Of a stretch of DNA of 64,000 nt, positions 37,046 to 47,058 are shown piece after piece. How positions within the stretch are numbered: position 1 is the stretch's first letter; the number at the start of each line of letters is the position of its first letter. Location of the stretch: assembly GCA_029865485.1 (NCBI GenBank), contig JAOUGT010000001.1:603-64602 (forward strand), read 5' to 3'. The translations under genes were made by a program, and so were the position numbers. A model generated the notes under the pieces. The model was given only the letters and a program-made list of their open reading frames with translations, made no database searches and was not told the DNA's origin. The stretch is from Nitrospira sp. GTDB taxonomy: Bacteria; Nitrospirota; Nitrospiria; Nitrospirales; Nitrospiraceae.

Positions 37046-37929
37046 TCGGGATGCTTCAACGACAGCTACTTCTCTGGGTAGTCAGTGCTGTATTGGCGGC
37101 CTGTGTGGGTCTGCTACACATTAAATTGAATCATTGGAACAATGCACAACCGAAACTTCAGCAGGTGATCTTGCTCCCAAGCGGAGAGTTTCTGCGGATA
37201 GCCTCGCTAGGATATCGCGAGTTGATGGCTGATGTGTTGTGGCTTCAAGCGATTCAGATGATGGGAGACCGAACATTAACTGAGGAATCGGGACATCGGC
37301 TGTACCAGATCCTGGATCGGATCACAACTATTGACCCAAAGTTTGTGCGGGCCTATGAGGCTGGAAGTCAGGCGCTCTGCATGCTCGTTGTAATGCCTGA
37401 AGAGAGTAATCGCCTCTTGGAAAAGGGCATGCGGCACAATCCTCAACAGTGGATGCTCCCATTTTTGCTAGGAATCAATTACTTTTTTGAATTGAAGGAT
37501 GATGCGAAGGCTGCAGAAGCAATGGCCAAAGCAGCTCGTTTGCCCGGGGCTCCGGAGAGGCTTATGCGTCTGTCTGCGAAACTTTTTGTGTCGGCCAAGG
37601 CTCCCCAACAAGCGGTTGAGTTGCTCGCCAAGGCCTATGAAGAGACTACGGATGACAATGTCAGAGCAATGCTGGAGGTTCGCCTGAAAGAATCCATCGT
37701 CGAACGGGACATCCAAATTCTAGAGGAAGCAATCAGGCGGTATCAAGACCTCTACTCGCAGCGACCAAAACAACTCCAGGATTTGATTCATGCTGGTGTA
37801 CTAGGTGCACTGCCGAGCGAACCGTTTGGTGGGTACTATATCTATGAATCTGCAACGGGGGAATTGCGGAGCAGTGAGATGAAAGATCGTATGCGAATTC
37901 CAGTCAGAAGACGTGGAGAATACCAGTGA
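37042..37929 (+). CDS. Membrane-anchored pilus accessory protein (Myxococcus PilG / Geobacter Xap-like)
   Basis: N-terminal TM, ADVLWLQAIQ, TTIDPKF, LLEKG, A.LPGAP, PSEPFGG. Lies just before an ABC pair downstream of pilin. Confidence 0.65.
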   Translation: MIGMLQRQLLLWVVSAVLAACVGLLHIKLNHWNNAQPKLQQVILLPSGEFLRIASLGYRELMADVLWLQAIQMMGDRTLTEESGHRLYQILDRITTIDPKFVRAYEAGSQALCMLVVMPEESNRLLEKGMRHNPQQWMLPFLLGINYFFELKDDAKAAEAMAKAARLPGAPERLMRLSAKLFVSAKAPQQAVELLAKAYEETTDDNVRAMLEVRLKESIVERDIQILEEAIRRYQDLYSQRPKQLQDLIHAGVLGALPSEPFGGYYIYESATGELRSSEMKDRMRIPVRRRGEYQ

Positions 37930-38120
37930 CGGGAGAGCGCAGCATGTTAATGGATAGAAAGCTGCCAACGACAGTCGTGGTCATACGAACGGAAATACTT
38001 GAATGTAGTTCAACTCTAGTTATGATTATGAAAGAAGGCCACAAAGGTACTACCCAATAAGGCTTCCGGGTAGAAGAATCTACAGCGTCAGCGCAAGCAT
38101 GAAGTGGGATGACTTAACTG

Positions 38121-39053
38121 ATGGATGCCATCCTTATTGAAAGGCTCACAAAGACCTATCAGCCGATGTGGCCATGGGAACGTCCCGTTACGGTCCTCGC
38201 CGATGTTTCGCTGTCAATTTCACGGGGGGAAATATTCGGGTTTTTGGGACACAACGGCGCAGGTAAGACAACCACGATGAAGATTCTGCTAGGGTTGCTC
38301 CGGGCAACGAGTGGTCGGGTTGAACTCCTGGGTTCTCTTGCAGGCAATGTCGCCTCGCGCTCTCAAGTCGGATATCTGCCGGAGTCTCCTTATTTTTACG
38401 ACTATCTCACGGCGGAGGAATTCCTCTGTTTCTACGGAAAGCTTGCTGGCCTGGCGCGAGAGGTTATACAAAGGCGTACGGCTGAGCTACTTGAACGCGT
38501 TGGCCTGACGGAATCTCGCCATCGGCAGCTTCGGAAATTTTCCAAAGGCATGCTGCAGCGTATTGGCCTGGCACAGGCTCTCATTCATGATCCTGAACTG
38601 GTCATTCTTGATGAGCCCATGTCCGGACTCGATCCCATCGGTCGGAAAGAGGTGCGGGACATTATTCTTAGCCTTCGAGATCATGGCAAAACCGTCTTCT
38701 TTAGTACGCACATTATTTCCGATGTCGAAATGCTCTGTGACAGGGTAGGTATTCTGGCGAGGGGGAAGGTGCTAGCTCTGGGGCGGATTGAAGAACTGGT
38801 CAAGGAGCATGCTATTCAGTCTGTCGAAGTCGTGTGCGATGGAGTGGTGGGTGCTGAGCTTCCTGATGTTCAAAGTCTTGCAACTCGCATAGTACAGAGA
38901 GGAGAGCGGTGCCTGGTGATACTTTCAGGTCAGGGTCATTTGGAGCAAGTCCTCGCCATACTCAGACAGGCCGGAGGTAGGCTTGTGTCGGTAATTCCTC
39001 ACAAGAATTCACTTGAAGACATCTTTCTTGAGCGGACCAATCGAAAGGTGTGA
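38121..39053 (+). CDS. ABC transporter ATP-binding protein (PilH-like)
   Basis: GHNGAGKTT, FSKGMLQR, ILDEP.SGLDP, STH. Confidence 0.92.
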   Translation: MDAILIERLTKTYQPMWPWERPVTVLADVSLSISRGEIFGFLGHNGAGKTTTMKILLGLLRATSGRVELLGSLAGNVASRSQVGYLPESPYFYDYLTAEEFLCFYGKLAGLAREVIQRRTAELLERVGLTESRHRQLRKFSKGMLQRIGLAQALIHDPELVILDEPMSGLDPIGRKEVRDIILSLRDHGKTVFFSTHIISDVEMLCDRVGILARGKVLALGRIEELVKEHAIQSVEVVCDGVVGAELPDVQSLATRIVQRGERCLVILSGQGHLEQVLAILRQAGGRLVSVIPHKNSLEDIFLERTNRKV

Positions 39054-39054
39054 T

Positions 39055-39819
39055 GTGCGAGCCATTCTGGTTGTTGCAGGCAATACGTATAGAGAGACGA
39101 TCCGGGATAAGATCCTCTACAATCTTGTGCTGTTTGCCATCCTGCTTATCGGGACATCGGTCCTCCTGGGGACTCTCACAATCGGAGAGCAGTCTCGCAT
39201 TGTCAACGACCTAGGATTGGCTGCCATCAACCTGGTCGCCGTCATCATCGCAATTTTCGTTGGCATCGGACTGGTTACCAAGGAAATGGAAAGACGTACG
39301 ATCTATACGATTCTGGCAAGACCCATCACGAGGGTGCAGTTCATCTTGGGCAAGTATCTCGGCCTGGGGTTTATCATCGTCGTGAATATCGCAATTATGT
39401 TTGCCATGTTTTTAGCGACCGTATGGCTAAGCGGTAATGCCATTCATCGATCGTTGTTTCAGGCGGTCGAGCTGATTCTTGTGGAGACGTTACTTGTGAT
39501 GGCCATTGCGCTGTTCTTTTCAACATTTAGCTCGCCGATCCTGAGCGCGACGATGACGCTAGGGTTATATGTGATCGGGCATCTCACGAGCGACCTCAAG
39601 GCCATTGCTGACAAAAGTCAAAGCCAGCTAACAGAGGTTGTTTTAACCACAGTGTACTATGTGTGTCCAAACCTCGAGTTTATGAACGTGAAGGGGCAAG
39701 CGGCGAGCGGGGTCCTCGTAGAGGCGGTCTATCAGATGACTGCAACAGCGTATGGCCTGTTATATGCCGGACTCATCCTGACGGGCGCGTGTTTGATTTT
39801 CCAACGACGCGACTTCTAA
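39055..39819 (+). CDS. ABC-2 type permease (PilI-like)
   Basis: NTYRETIRDKILY, KEMERRTIYTILARP..R..FILGKY, ends FQRRDF. GTG start at 39055. Confidence 0.88.
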   Translation: MRAILVVAGNTYRETIRDKILYNLVLFAILLIGTSVLLGTLTIGEQSRIVNDLGLAAINLVAVIIAIFVGIGLVTKEMERRTIYTILARPITRVQFILGKYLGLGFIIVVNIAIMFAMFLATVWLSGNAIHRSLFQAVELILVETLLVMAIALFFSTFSSPILSATMTLGLYVIGHLTSDLKAIADKSQSQLTEVVLTTVYYVCPNLEFMNVKGQAASGVLVEAVYQMTATAYGLLYAGLILTGACLIFQRRDF

Positions 39820-39849
39820 ACGATCCTTTCAACACAGGAACCATCTAGG

Positions 39850-41010
39850 ATGAGAGTCCTCGCGGTACTCCCTCCAGACCAATGGATTGAAATTAATCTC
39901 CTGGACACTCTTCGCCAGCATTATTGCGAAGAAGTGCACATCTTTACATACCCAGGCGGTATGGGACAATTGGGGTCAAAACTATGGAGGGCGCAGAGAA
40001 ATGAATTAAACCGCCGCTTGGTGGAGTTGGCTCGTGGCCTCAAGGCTGCGGGCAAGCTCGATCTGATCTTTTGCATCGCCTACGACGATTTTCTCCTCGT
40101 TGAGACGGCCAAGCAGTTGCGTGAGCTGCGGGCACCGATGGTCAATTATCATGTTGACATGGCGTTTCAATGGTATCGCGTCATTCGTACGGCCCCCTTT
40201 TTCGATGTCCTGGCCGTGGCGCAAATGACCAATGCAGAATATCTGAAACCATATGCCCAACATATTCACTGGATGCCGATGGCAGCCAATCCACATTTTT
40301 ATTTTCGTAATTCTGGTGGGAACACCTGCTTCCAGCACAACCTGTCCTTTGTAGGCACCTTTAATCCGTTTCGGCGTGCATTGCTAGCCGAGTGTGTTCG
40401 CAATGATCTCAAACCGGTTGTGTATGGTCGAGGTTGGGCCACAGAAACGCCAAGTCCTTTCACATTCTCGTGGGATGCCTACAAGGTGTATCACGACCTT
40501 CGACACTACGCTCTTCCACGCTGGAAAGTCGAGGGGGTCGAGAGTTTGTTGGGACCAGTTCGGCGAAAGTATTCGCGGCAGTTTTCATTTGAGATGTTGG
40601 AAGGAGCTGATTTGAAGGGGCCATGCGAGGGCTCAGCATTGCCGAGTATCTACGCAGAAAGTCAGGTAAATCTGGGCTTTTCAGACACCGGATGGCATAG
40701 TGCAACTGAAGTCCGAGACTCTAAGAACTTGCAGTGTCGCCTGCGGGATTTTGAAGTACCGATGGCAGGGGGCCTCTATCTGGTGCAAGAAGCCCCTGAC
40801 CATTCTCAGTACTACAAACCTGGTGAGGAAATCGTTGTGTGGTCGGAGCCAGGAGATTTTATCGACAAGGCACTGTTTTATTCACAAAATGAGCGCGCGG
40901 CAGAGCGAATCCGCGCAGCAGGGCAACGGCGAGTGCTTGGAGAGCATACGTGGCAACACAGGTTTGACCGCCTGTTTGCCCATCTTGGTTCCCTTGGAAG
41001 AATGTCATGA
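39850..41010 (+). CDS. CgeB-like glycosyltransferase
   Basis: SFVG, YGRGW, RLRDFEVPMAGG, EHTWQHRF. Confidence 0.82.
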   Translation: MRVLAVLPPDQWIEINLLDTLRQHYCEEVHIFTYPGGMGQLGSKLWRAQRNELNRRLVELARGLKAAGKLDLIFCIAYDDFLLVETAKQLRELRAPMVNYHVDMAFQWYRVIRTAPFFDVLAVAQMTNAEYLKPYAQHIHWMPMAANPHFYFRNSGGNTCFQHNLSFVGTFNPFRRALLAECVRNDLKPVVYGRGWATETPSPFTFSWDAYKVYHDLRHYALPRWKVEGVESLLGPVRRKYSRQFSFEMLEGADLKGPCEGSALPSIYAESQVNLGFSDTGWHSATEVRDSKNLQCRLRDFEVPMAGGLYLVQEAPDHSQYYKPGEEIVVWSEPGDFIDKALFYSQNERAAERIRAAGQRRVLGEHTWQHRFDRLFAHLGSLGRMS

Positions 41011-41068
41011 ATGGCGGGACATCAAGCACACGGTATTGAGTGTTTGTATGACAATACGATCATACTCT

Positions 41069-41908
41069 ATGACTACGCCTATCGCCGCCGGCACGACGCG
41101 ACGGATCAGACCATCACGCGGATGGGCAACAATGAATTTGAAGGAGGTGTGGGAGTACCGGGAACTGCTGTATTTTCTGGCTTGGCGAGATATCAAGGTT
41201 CGTTATAAACAGACGGTTCTTGGAGTCGCCTGGGCGGCCCTGCAGCCGGTCTTTACCCTGATCATATTCAGTGTTATTTTTGGATGGTTGGTCAAAGTTC
41301 CTTCCGATGACGTACCCTACCCATTCTTCGCGTTCTGTGCGCTACTGCCGTGGCAGCTGTTCACATCGTCAATGTCCGCGACCAGCAACAGTCTGGTCGC
41401 CAATCAACATTTGATCACCAAGATTGCCTTTCCGCGGTTGGTCATTCCACTTTCCGCTGCAGTAGTCAGTTTATTGGATTTCTCGATCGCCTTTCTCGTA
41501 TTACTAGCCATGATGGTCTTCTATAAGATCACCCCAACAATCGCGATGCTAACACTCCCGATATTTATCCTCTTGACTATGGCCACAGCGTTCGGGATTG
41601 GAACGTGGCTATCCTCTCTAAACGTGAAGTATCGAGATGTCAGGCATATACTTCCATTTCTCACCCAAGGATGGATGTTTGCGACTCCAGTCCTGTATTC
41701 CAGCATCCTTGTTCCCGAGCCCTGGCGTCTACTGTATGCTCTCAATCCGATGGTTGGAGCGATTGAAGGATTTCGCTGGGCGCTATTGGGCACAAACAAC
41801 GCGTCAGGACCAATGGTCCTGGTGTCAACCTCGGTGACCGTGATGTTGTTATTGTCAGGCGTCTGCTATTTTCACCGAAAAGAGCGAACGTTTGCCGATA
41901 GGGTGTGA
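41069..41908 (+). CDS. wzm: Polysaccharide ABC exporter permease Wzm
   Basis: RDIKVRYKQTVLG.AW..LQP, YRDV, ATPV.Y, LNP, FAD.V. Confidence 0.92.
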   Translation: MTTPIAAGTTRRIRPSRGWATMNLKEVWEYRELLYFLAWRDIKVRYKQTVLGVAWAALQPVFTLIIFSVIFGWLVKVPSDDVPYPFFAFCALLPWQLFTSSMSATSNSLVANQHLITKIAFPRLVIPLSAAVVSLLDFSIAFLVLLAMMVFYKITPTIAMLTLPIFILLTMATAFGIGTWLSSLNVKYRDVRHILPFLTQGWMFATPVLYSSILVPEPWRLLYALNPMVGAIEGFRWALLGTNNASGPMVLVSTSVTVMLLLSGVCYFHRKERTFADRV

Positions 41909-41911
41909 ACA

Positions 41912-43231
41912 ATGGCTGAGGATGTAATTCGAGTTGAGAGGCTGGGAAAGCAGTACCAAATCGGAACACCACACGCACGCCATAGAAGCTTTCGTGAGCG
42001 GCTCGCAACAGGCTGTATCCGATGCTTTCGTCAGTTCCAACGAGTGGGACAAGATGGAACCAATGATATTCACACCGAAATGATTTGGGCGCTTAAAGAT
42101 ATCTCTTTTCAGGTCGAACAGGGAGAAGTGCTTGGCGTGATCGGACGAAACGGATCAGGAAAGAGCACTTTGCTCAAAATTCTTTCTGGCATTACCGACC
42201 CAACAACCGGAGAGGCGGATATTACTGGACGTGTAGGATCTCTACTGGAAGTGGGAACCGGATTTCATCCTGAGTTGAGCGGGCGTGAAAATATCTATCT
42301 CAATGGCGCAGTCTTGGGAATCAAGAAAGCGGAGATAGAGAACAAATTTGACGCAATCGTTGCATTCTCTGAGGTGGAGAAGTTCATCGACACACCAGTC
42401 AAGTTTTATTCGAGTGGGATGTATATGCGTCTGGCCTTCGCTGTAGCCGCTCATCTGGAGCCTGAAATTCTTTTACTTGACGAAGTGTTGGCAGTAGGGG
42501 ACGCGGCGTTTCAGCAAAAGTGTTTAGGTGCAATGGGGGCCGTTGCGAACGAAGGAAGAACCATCGTGTTTGTCAGTCACAATTTAGCAGCCATACGAAA
42601 CCTTTGTAGCAGAACACTCTTCCTTGAGTCGGGCCACCTCATAAAAGCGGGGCCGACTGAAGAAGTGATGGGGTATTACTTGCAAAGACATTCCACCTCG
42701 TTGGCTGCAGCGGTGGCTTTGCCAGCTGGCTTGCCTGAGGCTCCTGGGGTTGGACGGGTTCTGCGCTTCCTCACTCAAGATGGAATGCCCCAAGCACAGT
42801 TTCGACTGGGGGAGCCATGGCGTATCGCAATAGAGTTTGAACTGTTCTGTCCCGTTCCTCAAGTAATAGCCGCCGTTGGGTTGATATCGCTCGACTCAGT
42901 ACCACTTCTCACATATTGGTCCAAGTCCAAAGATTTGAAACCGGGCCACTATAGTGTTGAATTCGATTGCAAGCTGCCGTTTGCAGCTTGCGATATTCAA
43001 TTTGTCGTAAGTTTGTCGAGCTATCAGCGCCCATTCTATCATATCCAAGGAGTTGGACATGTCTCAATCAGTCCAGTAGCTGTGAACGAACAGCCTCTCC
43101 GCTCATCCGGTACCGGCGTATTGTTTAGCACACAACAGCCTGAAATTCTCGCGATAACACTGGAGGATGATCGTGCGCGCGAGGACATCGTTGATGTTTT
43201 GCAGCTTGTCCCAGAGAAACACAGTTTCTGA
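41912..43231 (+). CDS. wzt: Polysaccharide ABC exporter ATPase Wzt with C-terminal accessory domain
   Basis: GRNGSGKST, LEVGTGFHPELSGREN, YSSGMYMRLAF, DEVLAVGD, ~170-aa C-terminal extension. Confidence 0.93.
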   Translation: MAEDVIRVERLGKQYQIGTPHARHRSFRERLATGCIRCFRQFQRVGQDGTNDIHTEMIWALKDISFQVEQGEVLGVIGRNGSGKSTLLKILSGITDPTTGEADITGRVGSLLEVGTGFHPELSGRENIYLNGAVLGIKKAEIENKFDAIVAFSEVEKFIDTPVKFYSSGMYMRLAFAVAAHLEPEILLLDEVLAVGDAAFQQKCLGAMGAVANEGRTIVFVSHNLAAIRNLCSRTLFLESGHLIKAGPTEEVMGYYLQRHSTSLAAAVALPAGLPEAPGVGRVLRFLTQDGMPQAQFRLGEPWRIAIEFELFCPVPQVIAAVGLISLDSVPLLTYWSKSKDLKPGHYSVEFDCKLPFAACDIQFVVSLSSYQRPFYHIQGVGHVSISPVAVNEQPLRSSGTGVLFSTQQPEILAITLEDDRAREDIVDVLQLVPEKHSF

Positions 43232-43238
43232 GTACGCA

Positions 43239-44003
43239 ATGATTCGCAAGTTAGTTCATCAGCTAAAGAGAGGGTTCACGCGTAGCGACGCTAAAGCATC
43301 ATCAGTAGCTTTACAACCTGATACGACTGAGGAACAGCTCCGGGAGAAAACAGTAAATTTTTATCGCCAGTTCTTGAACACAGGAGATCTTTGCTTCGAC
43401 GTTGGAGCAAATGTTGGAAATAAAACACATATGTTCCTGGAATTGGGAGCTCGGGTCGTATGTATTGAGCCTCAGCCAAACTGTGTCGCTGTCTTAAAAG
43501 CAAAGTATCAGAGGGATACTAACGTTGTGGTTGTTTGCAAAGGATTGGCGACTCAACAGGGCAGAAAGATGTTATCAATTTGTGGCACTGCAGACACGAT
43601 CTCGACCTTCTCTGATAAATGGAAAACAGGCAGGTTCCGTCCCTACGCATGGGACCAAACAGTGGAGGTACCTGTTACAACCTTAGATATTTTACTGCAA
43701 GAGTTCGGCATGCCGAAGTTTTGCAAGATTGACGTGGAAGGATTTGAATACGAGGTACTGAAAGGCCTTTCCGCTCCGATTCCTTTCATGGCTTTTGAGT
43801 TCACAAGGGAATTTCTCGATGATGCGAGGCTGTGCATGGAATATCTTGAGTCATTAGGATCTGCTGATTTTAACTATGCACTTAGTGAAAGCCCTGCCCT
43901 CATATTCCCCAATTGGGTGAGTGGATATACAGCGCTCAAAAGCATTGAGCAAAATGCGAATGATTTATTATGGGGTGATATTTATGTCAGGTTTCAGTCG
44001 TAG
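43239..44003 (+). CDS. FkbM-family methyltransferase
   Basis: FDVGANVG, IEPQP, TTLD, KIDVEGFE..VL.G. Confidence 0.9.
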   Translation: MIRKLVHQLKRGFTRSDAKASSVALQPDTTEEQLREKTVNFYRQFLNTGDLCFDVGANVGNKTHMFLELGARVVCIEPQPNCVAVLKAKYQRDTNVVVVCKGLATQQGRKMLSICGTADTISTFSDKWKTGRFRPYAWDQTVEVPVTTLDILLQEFGMPKFCKIDVEGFEYEVLKGLSAPIPFMAFEFTREFLDDARLCMEYLESLGSADFNYALSESPALIFPNWVSGYTALKSIEQNANDLLWGDIYVRFQS

Positions 44004-44078
44004 AGTTGTGCCGACGGGCCTTCCTGCATCCAAGACTAAGGCGGTATCTCCGGCTATCTGAAAGAGCGGCATCCTGGG

Positions 44079-45062
44079 GTGAGCCTTGTCATCATCTTCG
44101 CTTGGCAAATGATGCAGAGCGCTGAGAAAACAGATAATGAACACAATCATACATTGACGCACTGCAGGGCTTGTCAATGCCTAATGACAAATCCAGAGAT
44201 CGGCAACTATTACATTTGCGCATCATGCAATAGTGCAAACTATATTTCCCATGGGAGCGCCGAGATCGATAATACTACTTATTATAATTCCATATATTCG
44301 CATTGCACTCGCCAGACAATAGAGAGAAGACGTAAGGCCTTTGTCAGGTTTGAGCGAGTCTATTTGCGACTCCATCGAAAACAAGTCCACCGCTTCCAGC
44401 TCACTCTAGATCGCATATGCAAAACAATCTGTACTGCAGCCACGTCGGTAGAGATAGGATTTGGGTACGGGCATGAACTCATTCACTTTCTCAATAAAGG
44501 AGCCAATATTTACGGCATAGATCTGAGTACAGAAGCTGTCTCAACATTTAAGGAGCAACATCCGGAATTCAGTAAAAAGGTTTACTGTACCGCCAGCTTA
44601 GATTTCCAGGTTGATGCTCTTTATTCTAATGCGCTTTTTGAGCATCTGGATCATCCAAACACTTTTTTGCGCAGGGCATTTGCAAAGTTAACGCCGGGCG
44701 GAACACTGATAATGCGTCTACCATTGATTACCGTAGGCCACTATACGCATCATGATATCAGCTTCGACATCAACTTCTGGAAGCCCTGCCATCGTGTGCT
44801 TTACACATTAAAGGGTCTCAAGATGCTTTTAGAATCGCATGGATTCACAATCGTTGAGTCGGCCGCCTATGCTTATTACGGGTATAATGTCATGAGTTCG
44901 ATGCTGAAACATGGCTATCGAGATGTGACTCATATAAGGGATCCATGCTTGCCAATATTACGCTTGGATTCGGAGTGGACATATAAAACGATTCTCCTTC
45001 AAAGCCTTCTTACGAGAACCATCTGCTCCGATTTTGCACTCATTGCCAATAAAACAAGGTGA
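44079..45062 (+). CDS. Class I SAM-dependent methyltransferase with N-terminal CxxC/CxxC
   Basis: CRAC…CASC, EIGFGYG, GIDLS, FEHLDHP, L.PGG. Start uncertain. Confidence 0.82.
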   Translation: MSLVIIFAWQMMQSAEKTDNEHNHTLTHCRACQCLMTNPEIGNYYICASCNSANYISHGSAEIDNTTYYNSIYSHCTRQTIERRRKAFVRFERVYLRLHRKQVHRFQLTLDRICKTICTAATSVEIGFGYGHELIHFLNKGANIYGIDLSTEAVSTFKEQHPEFSKKVYCTASLDFQVDALYSNALFEHLDHPNTFLRRAFAKLTPGGTLIMRLPLITVGHYTHHDISFDINFWKPCHRVLYTLKGLKMLLESHGFTIVESAAYAYYGYNVMSSMLKHGYRDVTHIRDPCLPILRLDSEWTYKTILLQSLLTRTICSDFALIANKTR

Positions 45063-45156
45063 GCCTCTTAAATGTTGCCGAATGTTGTGAATGACTTTGG
45101 CCTGACATTACATAAACTCGAGCGGGACGACTGATTGCTCTGTTGTTTGTTCACGT

Positions 45157-45957
45157 ATGAAATTGGTCAAGACAAATACAAGCCATGCATCAGAATACGT
45201 CGACGAGATCCTCGAGCTGTTTAGGGTATTGGGCACTCGTGGGGCCGTAGAACGTTCTGACCGCATGGAAAGAATTGTGAACTTTAGCGCATACGTGCGA
45301 GAGGCATGGATTGCTGAAAAGGCATCAACGCTATGTCGAGGAACGAAAGTCCTAGACATAGGAGCTGGAGAGTGTCCGTATCGAAAGTGGTTTTCTCAGT
45401 GTGAATATCAGACTCAGGACTTTGCTCAATATCGTGGCACGATAACAGGTTCAGAAGTCGAATGTTGGCGTTACGGACAGATCGACTATGTTTGTGACAG
45501 CAATAAGATCCCGGTGCCCGATGAGTCCTTTGATGTAGCCTTATGCACCGAAGTGCTTGAGCATGTCCCCAAGCCAATCGATACATTGCGGGAGATCTCA
45601 CGAATATTGGTGCGAGGCGGGCGGCTATTTTTGACCGCACCATTAGGGAGTGGCTTGCACCAGCAACCGTTTCACTTTTATGGGGGTTACACTCCCCATT
45701 TTTACGGAAAGTTTTTAGTTGAGTGCGGGTTTGAAATCGTTGAGATGCGGCCAATTGGTGGATTGCTAAAGCATGTGGGGCAGGAAGCCTACAGGGCAGG
45801 TCGAATGATCGCCGCAAAAGCGCCGCACAAGTTGTCGCTTCTGACTCGACTTATTCTCATGTTTTGGCTCCCGAGGCGCCTTGCGCTTCTGGAAGAAGAG
45901 GTTCCGGTCGAAGAGTTCACTATTGGATACCTCGTCGAAGCAAAAAGAATTGGATGA
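45157..45957 (+). CDS. Class I SAM-dependent methyltransferase (Methyltransf_11-like)
   Basis: VLDIGAG, SFDV.LCTEVLEHVP.P, L..GG. Start may be ATG 45265. Confidence 0.88.
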   Translation: MKLVKTNTSHASEYVDEILELFRVLGTRGAVERSDRMERIVNFSAYVREAWIAEKASTLCRGTKVLDIGAGECPYRKWFSQCEYQTQDFAQYRGTITGSEVECWRYGQIDYVCDSNKIPVPDESFDVALCTEVLEHVPKPIDTLREISRILVRGGRLFLTAPLGSGLHQQPFHFYGGYTPHFYGKFLVECGFEIVEMRPIGGLLKHVGQEAYRAGRMIAAKAPHKLSLLTRLILMFWLPRRLALLEEEVPVEEFTIGYLVEAKRIG

Positions 45958-46028
45958 ACGGAACGGACAATCCGTTGTATTGGATATGTCTGATAGGCCT
46001 ACTTTAGGCCGGAAGCGATGCTCGACGG

Positions 46029-47048
46029 ATGTTACTGTCAAATCGGCCACTAATTAGTGTTTTGCTTCCCGTGTACAACGGCGCCGAATACTTAGCTGCC
46101 GCCATCGAGAGTATTCTCTCGCAGACCTATCGGAACTTGGAGTTGATTATTGTCGATGATGGCTCTGAGGACAACTCTGCTGAAATTATCCGCCGCTTTC
46201 ATGACCCAAGAATTCGGGCGTGCCAACAAGAGAATCGGGGATTGGCTGAGGCCTTAAACCGTGCGATCCTCATGGCCGAAGGAGAGTTTCTCGCAAGGCA
46301 GGACCAGGATGATCTCTCTTTGCCTCAACGACTTGAGAAGCAGACTATGTTTTTAGAGGCGCATCCTCAATATGGGATGGTGGGTGGGTGGGCAGAGATA
46401 TGGACTGGAAATACCAGGAGTGAGAGGATTCATCGACATCCAGGCGACAACCATTATTTGCAGTTTGACCTGTTGTTCGATAATCCATTTGTTCATAGTT
46501 CCATAATGCTAAGGAGGTCGGTATTTGAGACGGTCGGTCTCTATTCAACCGACAAGACTCGACAACCTCCTGAGGATTACGAACTATGGTCTCGAGTAGC
46601 GAGGCATTTCGCTGTTGCGAATATCCCCGAAGTCCTACTTGTCTATCGAGAGGTCGTTGGGAGCATGTCGCGCGTAGGGGCCAGTCCCTTCCTTGATAGA
46701 GTGATCAATATTAGTGTCGAGAATTTGCTATGGGCCACAGGGAAGACGTCTCCGGATCCTCATGTGATGGATGTGGCCGCACTGAATCATGCGGCTTACC
46801 ACCGGGTCTCCCCAAGACCCCGAATTAACAAGATGTCTCAGCTTATCTATGACGCTGCGGATCGACTAAGTGATGCGTGCCAGGTGCCAGCGATTGCTTT
46901 GCGAGAAAGAGCGCTTGTTCGCCTCAATAATGTAAAAACCCATTATTCTCGATATTTGCAGCAAGCCGGGCAAGCTAGATTGGCCAATCTGATCCGGACT
47001 ATGAAGCGTGTGGCGTTAAGGTGGCAGTCAACAATGCGTGGAACATGA
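46029..47048 (+). CDS. GT2 glycosyltransferase
   Basis: ISVLLPVYNG, IVDDGSED, ARQDQDD, EDYELW. Confidence 0.92.
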   Translation: MLLSNRPLISVLLPVYNGAEYLAAAIESILSQTYRNLELIIVDDGSEDNSAEIIRRFHDPRIRACQQENRGLAEALNRAILMAEGEFLARQDQDDLSLPQRLEKQTMFLEAHPQYGMVGGWAEIWTGNTRSERIHRHPGDNHYLQFDLLFDNPFVHSSIMLRRSVFETVGLYSTDKTRQPPEDYELWSRVARHFAVANIPEVLLVYREVVGSMSRVGASPFLDRVINISVENLLWATGKTSPDPHVMDVAALNHAAYHRVSPRPRINKMSQLIYDAADRLSDACQVPAIALRERALVRLNNVKTHYSRYLQQAGQARLANLIRTMKRVALRWQSTMRGT

Positions 47049-47058
47049 GCGGATTCTG

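Noticed and set aside
37944-38060. 38-aa ORF in the AT-rich gap before the ABC ATPase
   Set aside because: No motif or other support. It is more likely non-coding.
44035-44050. ops/JUMPStart element (GGCGGTAT)
   Set aside because: It mismatches GGCGGTAG and sits mid-locus rather than in the leader.
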